Below, piece by piece: positions 42,581 to 53,262 of a stretch of 58,837 bases of DNA. The notes below the pieces were generated by a model, which worked only from the letters and a program-made list of their open reading frames with translations, had not been told where the DNA came from and ran no database searches. How positions within the stretch are numbered: the stretch's first letter is position 1; the number at the start of each line of letters is the position of its first letter. This DNA is from a virus. Taxonomy: Duplodnaviria; Caudoviricetes. Location of the stretch: positions 1 through 58,837 of the IMG/VR virus record IMGVR_UViG_3300046170_000296; one strand, written 5' to 3'. A program made the translations under genes and the position numbers.

Positions 42581-44017
42581 CTATATCCATTCTCTAAAAT
42601 CTTCATCCATTATTTTATTTGCAATATTAACTTTGTTACGCAAAGCTTTTACAATTCTTTCATCAATAGTATCTTGAGTCATTATATCAATGTAAGTCAT
42701 TTTTCTTGTTTGACCTATACGATCAATACGTGCTTCTGATTGTTGACGCTTCTCTAAGTCATAACCATTTGAGAAATAAATCATATTACTTCCAGCAGTC
42801 AATGTAATACCATAACCACCTGTATGAGTAGTACCTACAAAGAATCTACACTTATCATCGTTTTGAAATTTTTTAATATTAGCTGATCTTGCATCAGTAT
42901 CGGTTGCACCATAATAATCTACAACAGCATCATCACCATATACTCTTTTTATTTCTTTAATTATTCTTCTTACATCATGTGTGTAGTGGGACCATATAAT
43001 AGTTTTACCTTCTACGTTTTCAAGTATGCTCATTAATTCACCAAGCCTACTACAAGGTAAATCTTTTATGGTACCATCATCTGCAGTAAAATGTCCACAA
43101 GTAATTTGATGTAGTCTCATTAATTGTGTCATAACTGTAGCTGAAGATTGCATCTTGCCATCTAAAAAAGCTATTGCTTCTTTTTTCATTTGCTCATATA
43201 CTTTCTTTTGCTCTTTTGTAAGCTCAACATAATGCTTGACATAACTTTTTTCAGGTAGATCTAAACAATCATCTTTTAATATTCTTTTAGAGAAAGGTTT
43301 TATCTTATCAGATAATTCACCAAGGTTTCTGTAACCTACCACTATCTCTACTTGACGACCATTAACTTGAATTTTTTTACAGATAGAATATCTAGCACGA
43401 AACGTATAGTAAGACTGATGATCTAGGAGCCAGGGATCAAGGAATTGACACTGACTATATAAATCTAATGGTGATTTAGTTACAGGAGAACCTGTAAGTA
43501 TTCTTCTATATTTACAGTGGTCACTTAGTTTTAATATGTTTTTAGTTCTATTAGAAGTAGGTGTTTTAATAGTAGTAGATTCATCAATAGCAACCATTGA
43601 TTTAGGATGTGCAGATAAAAATTTATATGCAAATTCTGCACCATTACCTGATGAAAAAGACTCTACATTCATGATTAAAATGTTTAGATGTGTACCTGAT
43701 TTAAACAAAGTATTTAAAAGTAACTGTTGTTTTTTTGATTTATCTGATGTCTTCCAAAGGACTATATTTTTTTCTATATGGTCTGGTAGGTGTGTAGGTA
43801 TTTCTGAGTCATACCAGTTTTTATACACACCTTTAGGAGCAATTAATAACAGACCGTTTATTAAACCTTTATCATATAATACAGCTGCATTATCTAATAA
43901 TACTTTAGATTTACCTGTACCCATTTCCATAAAGTACGCAAAATTTTCTTTATCCCAAGATGCTTCTAATGCATCTAATTGATGGCCATAAGGCTTAGTT
44001 TTAAATTTGTAGTTCAT
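42581..44017 (-). CDS. SNF2-family (SF2) helicase
   Basis: MEMGTGKS, IDES, ILTGSP, GYGITLT, QSEARIDRIGQ. Confidence 0.93.
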   Translation of the reverse strand: MNYKFKTKPYGHQLDALEASWDKENFAYFMEMGTGKSKVLLDNAAVLYDKGLINGLLLIAPKGVYKNWYDSEIPTHLPDHIEKNIVLWKTSDKSKKQQLLLNTLFKSGTHLNILIMNVESFSSGNGAEFAYKFLSAHPKSMVAIDESTTIKTPTSNRTKNILKLSDHCKYRRILTGSPVTKSPLDLYSQCQFLDPWLLDHQSYYTFRARYSICKKIQVNGRQVEIVVGYRNLGELSDKIKPFSKRILKDDCLDLPEKSYVKHYVELTKEQKKVYEQMKKEAIAFLDGKMQSSATVMTQLMRLHQITCGHFTADDGTIKDLPCSRLGELMSILENVEGKTIIWSHYTHDVRRIIKEIKRVYGDDAVVDYYGATDTDARSANIKKFQNDDKCRFFVGTTHTGGYGITLTAGSNMIYFSNGYDLEKRQQSEARIDRIGQTRKMTYIDIMTQDTIDERIVKALRNKVNIANKIMDEDFREWI

Positions 44018-44067
44018 TTGCTTTTTCTTTCTAATTTGTTATATAATACTTAAAAGAATAAAAGTCA

Positions 44068-44406
44068 ATGAGCAAAGTTTATTTAGTACAAGACATACCT
44101 GTCGACAGAGAAAGTGGTCAACCAAAATATAATGTTATGGGTGCACAAAAGTATGGCGATATTACGGTCATGCTTCCTGCAAAAGCTCAAATGATTTTTT
44201 CTCCTGGTCCATTAATTTTTCAAATAAAAGATAAATTAAAAAATTTTACAACCGACGATTACTTATTATTATCTGGTGATCCTGCAATTATCGGAGTGAC
44301 ATGTTCAGTTGTTTCTGATATGACTAACGGCAAATATAAGTTGTTAAAATGGGACAGACAGGAAAAAACATATTATCCACTCGAGATAAATATTTTTCAA
44401 AACTAG
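44068..44406 (+). CDS. Hypothetical protein (DYLLLSGDP motif)
   Basis: ORF divergent from the helicase. Confidence 0.8.
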   Translation: MSKVYLVQDIPVDRESGQPKYNVMGAQKYGDITVMLPAKAQMIFSPGPLIFQIKDKLKNFTTDDYLLLSGDPAIIGVTCSVVSDMTNGKYKLLKWDRQEKTYYPLEINIFQN

Positions 44407-44408
44407 TA

Positions 44409-44436
44409 TTGACATTTCAATATAATAATCCTATAT
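44409..44436 (+). promoter_or_regulatory. Promoter with AATATAATAATCCTATAT box
   Basis: TTGACA at 44409; the 18-mer is identical to 54374-54391. Confidence 0.6.
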
Positions 44437-44458
44437 ACCTTTTACGAAAGGCAACATT

Positions 44459-45004
44459 ATGGATATAAATTTAAGACAAGACGCACCGGATCAAACTGAT
44501 ATTATTGATCCTAAAAAATTATCAGAAGAAGTAGAGAAATTAAAATCTTTACAATCTGAAATAAAAAATCTAGAAGATAGAGTGAAAGATTTAAAAGAAG
44601 ATGAAAAACATTTTAGTTGTGTTATAATTCCAAAGTTAATGGAAGATATGAATTTAAAAAGTTTAAAACTACAAGATGGTTCTGAACTTACAATTAAAAA
44701 GATTTACAGTGCCTCAATGAGAGCTGACAAAAAAGCTGAGGCGATACAATGGCTTCGAGACAATGGCTTAGGTGATATTGTAAAAAATAATATTACAGTA
44801 ACATTTGGTCAAGGCGAAGATAACAAGGCTGTCGAATATGCTGGCCTTGCGAGGGAGCGTGGCTATGAACCAACTCAAGACGAGAAGGTTCACCACGCTT
44901 CACTCACAGTAGTGATGAAGGATTACAAAGAAAAAGGTAATGAGATCCCTTCAGATCTATTTAGTACGTTTGACGGAAGTCAGACTAAATTAAAAAATAA
45001 ATAA
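44459..45004 (+). CDS. Conserved replication-module protein (WLRDNGLGDIVKN)
   Basis: ORF with GAAAGG RBS. Confidence 0.8.
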   Translation: MDINLRQDAPDQTDIIDPKKLSEEVEKLKSLQSEIKNLEDRVKDLKEDEKHFSCVIIPKLMEDMNLKSLKLQDGSELTIKKIYSASMRADKKAEAIQWLRDNGLGDIVKNNITVTFGQGEDNKAVEYAGLARERGYEPTQDEKVHHASLTVVMKDYKEKGNEIPSDLFSTFDGSQTKLKNK

Positions 45005-45030
45005 TAACGATTAACTAATAGGAGTTATAT

Positions 45031-45813
45031 ATGAGTACAGAAAGTACAATCGTAAAGAAAGATAATGCAGGTGCATTATCTACAATAAACCTAAGAGCTG
45101 ATTCAGGCAGAGGAACTGAGGAGTTAAAATCGGATGATGTATCAACACCGATCTTAAAAATTCTTCATCAGTTATCACCTGAGTGTAACTCAAGAAATGC
45201 AAAGTATGTTAAAGGTGCAGAACCTGGAATGATTTATTCTAGTAGTTTTGGAAATTTAATAGACGGTAATAAAGGTATTGATGTTGTTATAGCACATACA
45301 CAAACTAGATGGCCAGAGTGGCAAGATATGGGCGATAGTCCATCAGCTCCTGTTGGAACACATTTAGAAATACCTGCAGACTCTACTGAAGAAAAAAATG
45401 GTAGATATAGATTAGCTAATGGAAACTATGTAGAAAAAACTATGTATTTCTATGTAGTTGCTATAGTTGGTAATGAACTAAGAAAAGCTGTTATTACCAT
45501 GAGGTCGTCTAATTTAACTCCAGGTAGAGAGTTAAACAACTTGATTGCTAACTTGAGAATGACAGATTCACAAGGTACATTTCAACCGGCAGCATACTCT
45601 GCAGTGTTCAACTTAAAGACAGTTGGAAAAAACTGGGGAGATAAAAGCTGGCATGTGTACAAGCCGTCATTAGTAAAAATGTTAGATGTATCCAATAGTA
45701 TGGATGCTGAAGCTTATACTATGGCACAGAATCTACAGAAAGAAGTTTCTAAAGGTTCTGCTAAACCAAAGTATGATAAAGTTGAAAACAAAAGTACTAA
45801 AGACATTATCTAA
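45031..45813 (+). CDS. Putative ssDNA-binding protein
   Basis: PILKILHQLSPE, GAEPGMIY; position before primase. Function is inferred. Confidence 0.6.
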   Translation: MSTESTIVKKDNAGALSTINLRADSGRGTEELKSDDVSTPILKILHQLSPECNSRNAKYVKGAEPGMIYSSSFGNLIDGNKGIDVVIAHTQTRWPEWQDMGDSPSAPVGTHLEIPADSTEEKNGRYRLANGNYVEKTMYFYVVAIVGNELRKAVITMRSSNLTPGRELNNLIANLRMTDSQGTFQPAAYSAVFNLKTVGKNWGDKSWHVYKPSLVKMLDVSNSMDAEAYTMAQNLQKEVSKGSAKPKYDKVENKSTKDII

Positions 45814-45893
45814 TTCCCTAGAGGAATGTAGCTACAGAGGCGCTGAAGGGAGACTGGAGGCGCCTTTAGAAATTATTAAAAGGACAGGAATAA

Positions 45894-47513
45894 ATGCAGG
45901 AATATATAAAATACTTTTCAGGATTGAAAAGAAACTACGGAGTTTGCAAGACTACTGAAGGTTTTGTAGACGGAGAGACAGGTAAGAAAAGGTATCCACA
46001 CGAATGGTCCTCAATACCTGTTGTTGAACAAGATTATTTAGATCACTTATCTGGTGTTAAATCTATTGGTATACAACCATGTACTGATGAAGGCAAAGCT
46101 AGGTTTGGTGCAATTGATGTAGATAAATATCCAATAGATAGAAAATTTTATTTAGACATCATACAAGAAAAAAAGCTTCCGATAATACCTGTCCTATCGA
46201 AGAGTGGTGGACTACATTTATATGTGTTCACCACTGAGTATGTAAAAGCAAAAGCGATAAGAGACTTTTTAGAACAGGTTTTATTTTTATTTAAACTACC
46301 AATCAATACAGAAATATTTCCAAAACAAACTTCACTAGGTGAGAATGCTGATGGTGAAAAGACTAACGGTAACTTTATAAACTTACCTTACAATAGTATA
46401 TCTAGAAAAGCATTACTACCAAGTGGTGAAGAAATGCAAATTGATATGTTTTTAAAAGTTGTTGCAGCAAATGCACAAACAGAAGATCAACTAAAAGATA
46501 TACAAAAAAGAATTGTAGAAGATGAACTATCGGGTGGTGGAGAAGAGTTTGTAGATGGTCCACCATGTTTAGGTATACTAACAAAACAACTAATGAAAGA
46601 TGGTAGAGATAGATTCTTATATAACTATATGGTGTTTGCTAAGAAAAAGTATCCAGACAAATGGCAAGACAAAGTAATAGAAGCTGCAAGAAAATATTTT
46701 GAGTTTGATAATAACTGGACAGATATACATGTGAATCAAAAAATTAAAAGTTGGAGTAAAGATACCAAAGGTCATACTTGTAATGATCCGTTACTAGCGC
46801 CGGTGTGTGTAAAGTCTGTATGTATGAAAAGAAAGTTCGGGATTATATCAGATAATAAACCGGTATGGCCAGCGTTATCAGCATTACAAAAACTAAATAT
46901 AAAACCTACACCTGAATGGTATTTTACTGTTGAGAATGAAGAAGGACAAACAAAACAAGTGCATGCAAAGAATGTGCATAGAATAGAAAGCCAAAAAGAA
47001 TTGAGAGCATTATTAATGGAACAAGTACATATAGTACCACCAACAATAAAAGGTAATGACTTTTATGAAATACTAAAAAATTTATTTGAGAAATCTAAGA
47101 TAGAAGTATTAGAACCTGCAGAAGGAACTAATCCATCTGATATATTAAAAGCACATATCAATAGATATATAAATGATCCACAAGCTAAGAAATATAATTC
47201 TTTCAAAAGTGGTAGACCATTGTTAGATGATGAGTATGCATACTTTTTATATAGTGCATTCTATGATGATTTAAAAACATATGAATGGAAAGAATCATCA
47301 GCTAAAACATCATTGATGATCAAAGCATTATTTCCTAGTAAGAAACCAGAAGACCAAGCTAAGTTTGATCACAGCAAAAAATTTCCTGGAAAAGATTCTG
47401 ATAACAAACAATATCCACCATTGAAGACTTTACGAATACCATTAAAGTATTTTGAAAGTGAAGAAGATGTCAACGAACAACATCAGTTTGAAAGTGAAGA
47501 AGACATAGTATGA
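45894..47513 (+). CDS. Primase-polymerase (AEP family)
   Basis: FGAIDVD (DxD), SKSGGLHLY, EIFPKQ, GNFINLPY, GPPCL. Confidence 0.88.
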   Translation: MQEYIKYFSGLKRNYGVCKTTEGFVDGETGKKRYPHEWSSIPVVEQDYLDHLSGVKSIGIQPCTDEGKARFGAIDVDKYPIDRKFYLDIIQEKKLPIIPVLSKSGGLHLYVFTTEYVKAKAIRDFLEQVLFLFKLPINTEIFPKQTSLGENADGEKTNGNFINLPYNSISRKALLPSGEEMQIDMFLKVVAANAQTEDQLKDIQKRIVEDELSGGGEEFVDGPPCLGILTKQLMKDGRDRFLYNYMVFAKKKYPDKWQDKVIEAARKYFEFDNNWTDIHVNQKIKSWSKDTKGHTCNDPLLAPVCVKSVCMKRKFGIISDNKPVWPALSALQKLNIKPTPEWYFTVENEEGQTKQVHAKNVHRIESQKELRALLMEQVHIVPPTIKGNDFYEILKNLFEKSKIEVLEPAEGTNPSDILKAHINRYINDPQAKKYNSFKSGRPLLDDEYAYFLYSAFYDDLKTYEWKESSAKTSLMIKALFPSKKPEDQAKFDHSKKFPGKDSDNKQYPPLKTLRIPLKYFESEEDVNEQHQFESEEDIV

Positions 47514-48943
47514 TTTATAAGTACTATGGTCCACCAGGAACCGGTAAGACATTTAAACTTATAAGTAGATCAAAAGCATACGCAAGACTAGGAACCCCAC
47601 TTCACAAAATAGGTTACTTCGCATTTAGTAAAAAAGCTGCAGGTGTTGCAAAAGAAAGAATGCCTGCTAATGAAAAAAATCTTCCATACTTTCAAACACT
47701 ACATTCTTTTTGTTTTAATTTTTTAGATATGAAGAAAGAAGATATTATGCAGCCATATCATTATGAAAAGTTTGGTAAAGAAATAAATGTAAAAGTAAAA
47801 TACGCAGACAAATATAACAAAGAAGAAATAAGTTATTTAACTTGTGACAATCCTTATTTTCAATTGATACATAAAGCAGTAAATAAATGTATTACTGTTA
47901 GAGAAGAATACGAACTATGGGAACATGATACAAAAGAAATAGTATGGTCAACTCTAAAATATATAAGTGATAATTTAATTAAATATAAAGATGCTAAGAA
48001 TCTATATGACTTTAATGATCTGGTAGATCTTACAATTAAATCTAAAGACAAAGAAAACTTTCCTACATTCAAAGCAGTATTCATTGATGAAGCTCAGGAT
48101 CTGTCACCATTACAATGGAAACTATTTGATGTGTTAAAAGAAAAATCACAAGATATCTATTTAGCAGGTGATGATGACCAGGCTATATTCGTATGGGCTG
48201 GTGCAGATGTAGAGAGATTTATCAAGGAACCGGCTAAAGAAAGGGTCTTAAAGTACTCAAAACGTGTGTCTAGAACCGTCCAGGAGGAGTCTCAGAAGCC
48301 GATTGAGAAGATTATGGGTATAAGGAAGGAAAAACACTATTTACCACGAGATTACGAGGGAGAATCATTTACCATAGGTAACCTGAGTCAAGTAGATTTG
48401 ACTAAAGGTAAGTGGTTAATTTTAAGTAGAACTATATCTAGACAAGTAAAGATAGCTGAAGAATTGAAACGTAAAGATTTATTTTATGAAACTAATAAAG
48501 GTAAAAGTTTTGCAGTAACTATGTATCGAGCTGCAATGCAATACGAGTCTTGGACCAGGCATCAGGAATTAGAAGATAGAATTATAAAAGATATAAAAGA
48601 ATACACAGGTGATGTTGAATGGAATCGAAACAAAGATTGGTTTGATGCATTTGTTGAGGCTGATGAAAAAGAAAAATTATATATAAAGAACATGTTAGAC
48701 AACGGAGAGAATTTAAATACTGATGCTAGAATATGGCTATCCACAATACACGCAGCAAAAGGTGGAGAAGAAGATAACGTAATTTTATGTTTGGATATGG
48801 GAAAGAAAATTCTTAAATCCATTAAACGTAGTCAAGAGAAAAATGATGAAGAACATAGAGTCTGGTACGTAGGAACCACAAGAGCAAGAAATAACCTATA
48901 TAAACTAAAAGCAAAAATACAACGAACAGGATATCAACTATGA
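47510..48943 (+). CDS. UvrD/Rep-like SF1 helicase
   Basis: GPPGTGKT, FIDEAQDL, AGDDDQAI, STIHAAKGGE, YVGTTRAR. Confidence 0.93.
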   Translation: MIYKYYGPPGTGKTFKLISRSKAYARLGTPLHKIGYFAFSKKAAGVAKERMPANEKNLPYFQTLHSFCFNFLDMKKEDIMQPYHYEKFGKEINVKVKYADKYNKEEISYLTCDNPYFQLIHKAVNKCITVREEYELWEHDTKEIVWSTLKYISDNLIKYKDAKNLYDFNDLVDLTIKSKDKENFPTFKAVFIDEAQDLSPLQWKLFDVLKEKSQDIYLAGDDDQAIFVWAGADVERFIKEPAKERVLKYSKRVSRTVQEESQKPIEKIMGIRKEKHYLPRDYEGESFTIGNLSQVDLTKGKWLILSRTISRQVKIAEELKRKDLFYETNKGKSFAVTMYRAAMQYESWTRHQELEDRIIKDIKEYTGDVEWNRNKDWFDAFVEADEKEKLYIKNMLDNGENLNTDARIWLSTIHAAKGGEEDNVILCLDMGKKILKSIKRSQEKNDEEHRVWYVGTTRARNNLYKLKAKIQRTGYQL

Positions 48944-49016
48944 GAATAATTACATCAGATATATTTATAACAATCACATTAACATTTTTTGTCATCAACA
49001 TAATGGAGGTATTAAA

Positions 49017-49263
49017 ATGACACACAAAGATATATTTAAAGATTCGTTTCCACAAGACAAACAAATTGGAGGATCCCACTACAGGGATTTTCACATTCAA
49101 CCTTATGAATTTATATCCAAGAATGATCTTTCGTTCTTTCAAGGTAATGTAATTAAATATGTTTGTAGATATAAAAACAAAGCAGGCATACAGGATCTTG
49201 AAAAGATAATTCATTATTGTGAATTAGAAATTAAAGACAATGAAGGATATGAAGAAAAAGTGA
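49017..49263 (+). CDS. DUF3310 / T7 gp1.7-like protein (true stop probably 49263)
   Basis: QIGGSHY, FFQGNVIKYVCRY.K.G..DLEK; removing one base gives ELEIKTMKDMKKK-stop. Confidence 0.75.
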
Positions 49264-49745
49264 GAGACAAAGATTTACAGTTAAATATATTTACAGGAGA
49301 GATAGATGTTATTTCTCCAACAGAGAAGGGTGTAAAGTATTGTAACACATGTAAGAAAGATTTACCTGTAGAAATGTTTGGTTATTGGTGGTCAGCTTCT
49401 TATGGTAAAGAAAAAAGAAATGGCTCATGTAAAGAATGTATGAAAGAAAATAATGCATTAATAAAAAAATTAAAATTTAATGCACCACCTAAACCAAATG
49501 AATGTCATTGTTGTGGTATTACAATTAATGAATTAAAAAGAAGAGGAGACAATAGAGAATATGGTGGCTTTCAATTAGACCACGACCACGAAACAAAAAA
49601 ATTTAGAGGATGGATTTGTCACTTATGTAATCAAGGTATAGGTAAACTTGGAGATAACTTAGAAGGTTTATGTAAAGCTACTCTTTATTTATCTGAAAAT
49701 AATGTTAATGTAATAGTAGAAATTTTAAATAAATTAAAGAAATGA
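49260..49745 (+). CDS. Endonuclease VII-family His-Me nuclease with N-terminal Zn finger
   Basis: CNTC...CKEC, CHCC, LDHDHETKKFRGWICHLCNQGIG; GTG start overlapping the previous stop. Confidence 0.8.
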   Translation: MRDKDLQLNIFTGEIDVISPTEKGVKYCNTCKKDLPVEMFGYWWSASYGKEKRNGSCKECMKENNALIKKLKFNAPPKPNECHCCGITINELKRRGDNREYGGFQLDHDHETKKFRGWICHLCNQGIGKLGDNLEGLCKATLYLSENNVNVIVEILNKLKK

Positions 49746-51679
49746 TTATACCACAAACAGAATGGTTGGCACCAACAGAGTATCCTGATTTAAGATCAGC
49801 TAATGAAATTGCAATTGACTTAGAGACACGTGATCCAGACTTAAAGAAACTGGGTTCAGGGGCCATCATAGGTAACGGTGAAGTTGTAGGTATAGCTGTT
49901 GCTGTAGATGGTTGGAAAGGTTACTTTCCTATTGCACATGAGATTGGTCCTAACTTAGATCGTACAAAAGTTTTATCTTGGTTTAAAGATGTATGCGAAT
50001 CACCTGCTACAAAAATATTTCATAACGCAATGTACGACGTATGTTGGATACGTAATTTAGGTATAAAAATCAATGGTTTAATCGTAGATACTATGATTGC
50101 AGCTAGTCTTATAGATGAGAATAGATTTTCATATACACTCAATACAATGTCATGGACTTATCTAAACAAAGGTAAGAACGAATCAAGATTAGTAGAAGCT
50201 GCAAAAGAAAGAGGACTCGATGCAAAAGCTGATATGTGGAGATTACCTGCAATGGAAGTTGGATCTTATGCTGAAGCGGATGCTGAACTTACTTTAGAAC
50301 TTTGGCAGAAGTTTAAAAAAATAATTATTGAAGATGATTTACAAGATGTATTTAATCTTGAGACAGATCTGTTTCCTTGTCTGGTTGATATGCGCTTCCT
50401 AGGGGTGCGGGTAGATGTCGAGAAAGCCAATCAATTGAAAACAGCACTGGCAGTAAAAGAACAAAACCTAATACAACAAATAAAAATAGAAACAGGAGTA
50501 GAAGTTCAGTTAATGGCAGCAAGAAGTATTGCTCCACTTTTCGATAAATTAAATTTACCTTATTCAAGAACTGAGAAATCTGATGAGCCATCATTTACTA
50601 AAAACTTTCTTGTTACACATAAAAATCCTGTAGTACGTATGATAGCAGAAGCTAGAAAAATAAACAAGGTCAGAACTACATTTATTGATTCAATAATTAA
50701 ACACGAACACAAAGGTAGAATACACGCAGACATCAATCAAATTAGATCTGATGATGGTGGTACCGTTACCGGTAGATTTAGTTACTCTAATCCAAACTTA
50801 CAACAGATTCCAGCACGTGATCCAGATACAGGACCATTGATAAGATCATTATTTATACCTGAGGAAGGTTGCAAGTGGGGTACGTTTGACTACTCACAAC
50901 AGGAACCAAGATTAGTTGCACACTACTCACTAAAGTTTGAATTGCCTTCAGTAAATGATATTGCAGATTCATATGAGAATGATCCTTCAACAGACTTTCA
51001 TAGAATTGTAGCAGAGATGGCAGAAATACCTAGATCACAAGCAAAGACAATTAACTTAGGTTTATTTTATGGTATGGGTAAGGGTAAGTTAATGAATGAA
51101 TTAGATTTAACAAAAGAGAAAGCTGATGAACTATTTAAAAAGTATCATGGTAAAGCACCATTTGTAAAACAGTTGATGAATAAAGTTATGAACGCAGCAT
51201 TGAACAAAGGTCAAATAAAAACATTACTTGGTAGACGTTGTAGATTTCCAAAGTATGAACCTATATTAAATGGTAGTGACTGGGGTAAATATATACCACC
51301 AGAAGATGAAGAACGTATGAAAGAACTACAAGATATGGGACCAGTGTTAAAAGATTTTGAAGGTAATATTATTAAAGACAAAGATGGTGAGCCCAAGAAA
51401 AACTATTGGCATAAGAATCCAACACGTAGAGCTTTTACATACAAAGCATTAAACAAATTAATTCAAGGATCAGCTGCAGATATGACAAAAAGAGCAATGG
51501 TTGATTTATATAAAAACGGATATCTTTCACATATACAAATACATGATGAGTTAGACTTTTCTATCGAGTCAGAAGAACAAGCTAAGAAAATAAAAAGCAT
51601 TATGGAAAATGCAGTTGACTTAGAAGTACCAAATAAAGTAGACTACGAATCCGGTCCTAATTGGGGAGAAATAAAGTAA
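49742..51679 (+). CDS. polA: Family A DNA polymerase with 3'-5' exonuclease (Leu762 type)
   Basis: IDLET, FHNAMYD, DYSQQEPR, RSQAKTINLGLFYG, IQGSAAD, QIHDEL. Confidence 0.96.
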   Translation: MIIPQTEWLAPTEYPDLRSANEIAIDLETRDPDLKKLGSGAIIGNGEVVGIAVAVDGWKGYFPIAHEIGPNLDRTKVLSWFKDVCESPATKIFHNAMYDVCWIRNLGIKINGLIVDTMIAASLIDENRFSYTLNTMSWTYLNKGKNESRLVEAAKERGLDAKADMWRLPAMEVGSYAEADAELTLELWQKFKKIIIEDDLQDVFNLETDLFPCLVDMRFLGVRVDVEKANQLKTALAVKEQNLIQQIKIETGVEVQLMAARSIAPLFDKLNLPYSRTEKSDEPSFTKNFLVTHKNPVVRMIAEARKINKVRTTFIDSIIKHEHKGRIHADINQIRSDDGGTVTGRFSYSNPNLQQIPARDPDTGPLIRSLFIPEEGCKWGTFDYSQQEPRLVAHYSLKFELPSVNDIADSYENDPSTDFHRIVAEMAEIPRSQAKTINLGLFYGMGKGKLMNELDLTKEKADELFKKYHGKAPFVKQLMNKVMNAALNKGQIKTLLGRRCRFPKYEPILNGSDWGKYIPPEDEERMKELQDMGPVLKDFEGNIIKDKDGEPKKNYWHKNPTRRAFTYKALNKLIQGSAADMTKRAMVDLYKNGYLSHIQIHDELDFSIESEEQAKKIKSIMENAVDLEVPNKVDYESGPNWGEIK

Positions 51680-51685
51680 TGTACT

Positions 51686-52327
51686 ATGGCTTATTTAAAT
51701 GCTAACATACCGCCGATTTATTGTAAAATAAGAAGGGAGTATCTCTATGATCTTAAAAAAAATAAAGGACAGTCTAGTGACTGTGTTATCTTTGGTCTTA
51801 GCTCTATTTCAGGTCGTGCAATCTTATTCCATTGCATGCTACCAAATGGTGCGGTCTTTTATAGACTACCTATTTCAGCATTCTTTCAAAAAGAGTTTGA
51901 AAGAAAAGACGTGCCTGATATGCGAGTGGATCAACTCGAACTGTGGAACTGCTTTAGTTATTATCCTAGTGTCCATTGTTTTGATTGGTTGGCTGGTATA
52001 GAAGGTAAGTATTTAGGAAAAGATAAAAAATTCTATCCAGGTCAATATTTATTTACTATTGACTGGGCGCATCCAGAGACTAATATACTAAACACGGAAC
52101 ATTCAGAAATTCCGCAAGAGCACAAGTGTGCACACATATTAGCGTTGAAAAACGGTAATTATGCAGCGCAGCCAAACAACAGAATCATTTGGCATGTGAA
52201 CAGTTATACAACAGATAATGATTGGCCAGACTATAGCGTACAAACTACATACTGGGACTGTGAAGGATCTGATTGGGTAACAGAAGATTCTGATAAAATG
52301 TTTTATGATATTGAGGAGAAAAAATGA
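51686..52327 (+). CDS. Conserved phage hypothetical protein
   Basis: MAYLNANIPP...GNYAAQPNNRI. Confidence 0.8.
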   Translation: MAYLNANIPPIYCKIRREYLYDLKKNKGQSSDCVIFGLSSISGRAILFHCMLPNGAVFYRLPISAFFQKEFERKDVPDMRVDQLELWNCFSYYPSVHCFDWLAGIEGKYLGKDKKFYPGQYLFTIDWAHPETNILNTEHSEIPQEHKCAHILALKNGNYAAQPNNRIIWHVNSYTTDNDWPDYSVQTTYWDCEGSDWVTEDSDKMFYDIEEKK

Positions 52328-52518
52328 GTTTGAATATATGTATAGATTGCAAATTTGAAAAAAAGAAGTGTCAGTGTGTTGTACCACCTAAAAAAGTAAG
52401 TTGGTGGAGAAGAATATTTTTTTGGACTAGATAATTATGGAGTGTCAAAGGATGAACTATTATGCAACAGGTTTATTAATAGTAATGTTAGTTGGATTGG
52501 CTTTATGTGGAGGACCAA

Positions 52519-52893
52519 GTGTCCAATAAACCACTCAATATCGGAGAAGAAGCACGCGTGCAGATGCCGATGAAGACGGTAGCTAGCCTGATCGTGCTCG
52601 TCGCAATGGGCGTGTTCGCATATACGGAGCTGACTGCGAGGTTGGTATCGTTAGAGACATCACGTGAGTTGTTTGAAAATGATTTGTTAAAAAAATCTGA
52701 ACAAGTGCCCACGGACCAGGAGCAACATTTTTTAATTGAGGATTTGTACAAGTCAGTCGAGAAAATGGAAGAAACTCAAGAGATGAACATGACTAACAAA
52801 GTCAATATAGAATTTTTAAGAGAACAACTAGATAAAGCTTTAGCTGATATCGAAGTATTAAAAGATAAGGTAAGACAAAACGGAGGTCATTAA
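52519..52893 (+). CDS. Membrane-anchored coiled-coil protein (possible spanin-like)
   Basis: GGAGG RBS plus GTG; N-terminal TM followed by coiled coil; near endolysin. Confidence 0.6.
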   Translation: MSNKPLNIGEEARVQMPMKTVASLIVLVAMGVFAYTELTARLVSLETSRELFENDLLKKSEQVPTDQEQHFLIEDLYKSVEKMEETQEMNMTNKVNIEFLREQLDKALADIEVLKDKVRQNGGH

Positions 52894-53126
52894 TGGAGTT
52901 GATTGTAGCTTTACTTATGATTGTTAATGGAGAGATCAAAGAACATAGAATTCAAATTGATCCTGAGACAAATAAACCTTCAATGTCAATGTGCTTAAAA
53001 GGAAAAAGGGTTGCAATGAGATCTAATACAAAAGATAATATAGTTTATCAATGTATAAAATCGATGGCCGAGCTCGAGTCGAACGTTGACGGTTCAAAAT
53101 CAATTAAAAAACTTATATTAGAATAA
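52893..53126 (+). CDS. Small protein with hydrophobic N-terminus and two Cys
   Basis: ORF; TAATG coupling. Confidence 0.7.
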   Translation: MELIVALLMIVNGEIKEHRIQIDPETNKPSMSMCLKGKRVAMRSNTKDNIVYQCIKSMAELESNVDGSKSIKKLILE

Positions 53127-53262
53127 TGAAAAAAAATTGTAATCAATGTAAAAAAGAGTTTGAAGCTAAAGAAGAATTAGATTTATTCTGTAGCCAGGAC
53201 TGTAAGGAAGAAGCTCTAGCTGCTCTTGACAATGACAGCGATGAGTGTTTAAGCTGTCAATA

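Noticed and set aside
49017-49745. Apparent DUF3310-EndoVII fusion protein in the ORF track
   Set aside because: Removing one base near 49236 gives a normal DUF3310 stop at 49263 overlapping a GTG start at 49260, so the fusion is probably an artefact.
3709-52751. Many antisense or alternate-frame ORFs in the track (e.g. 6620-7051, 16707-17021, 22598-22915, 43536-43982)
   Set aside because: They are shadows of well-supported genes on the opposite strand or frame, with no motifs or RBS.
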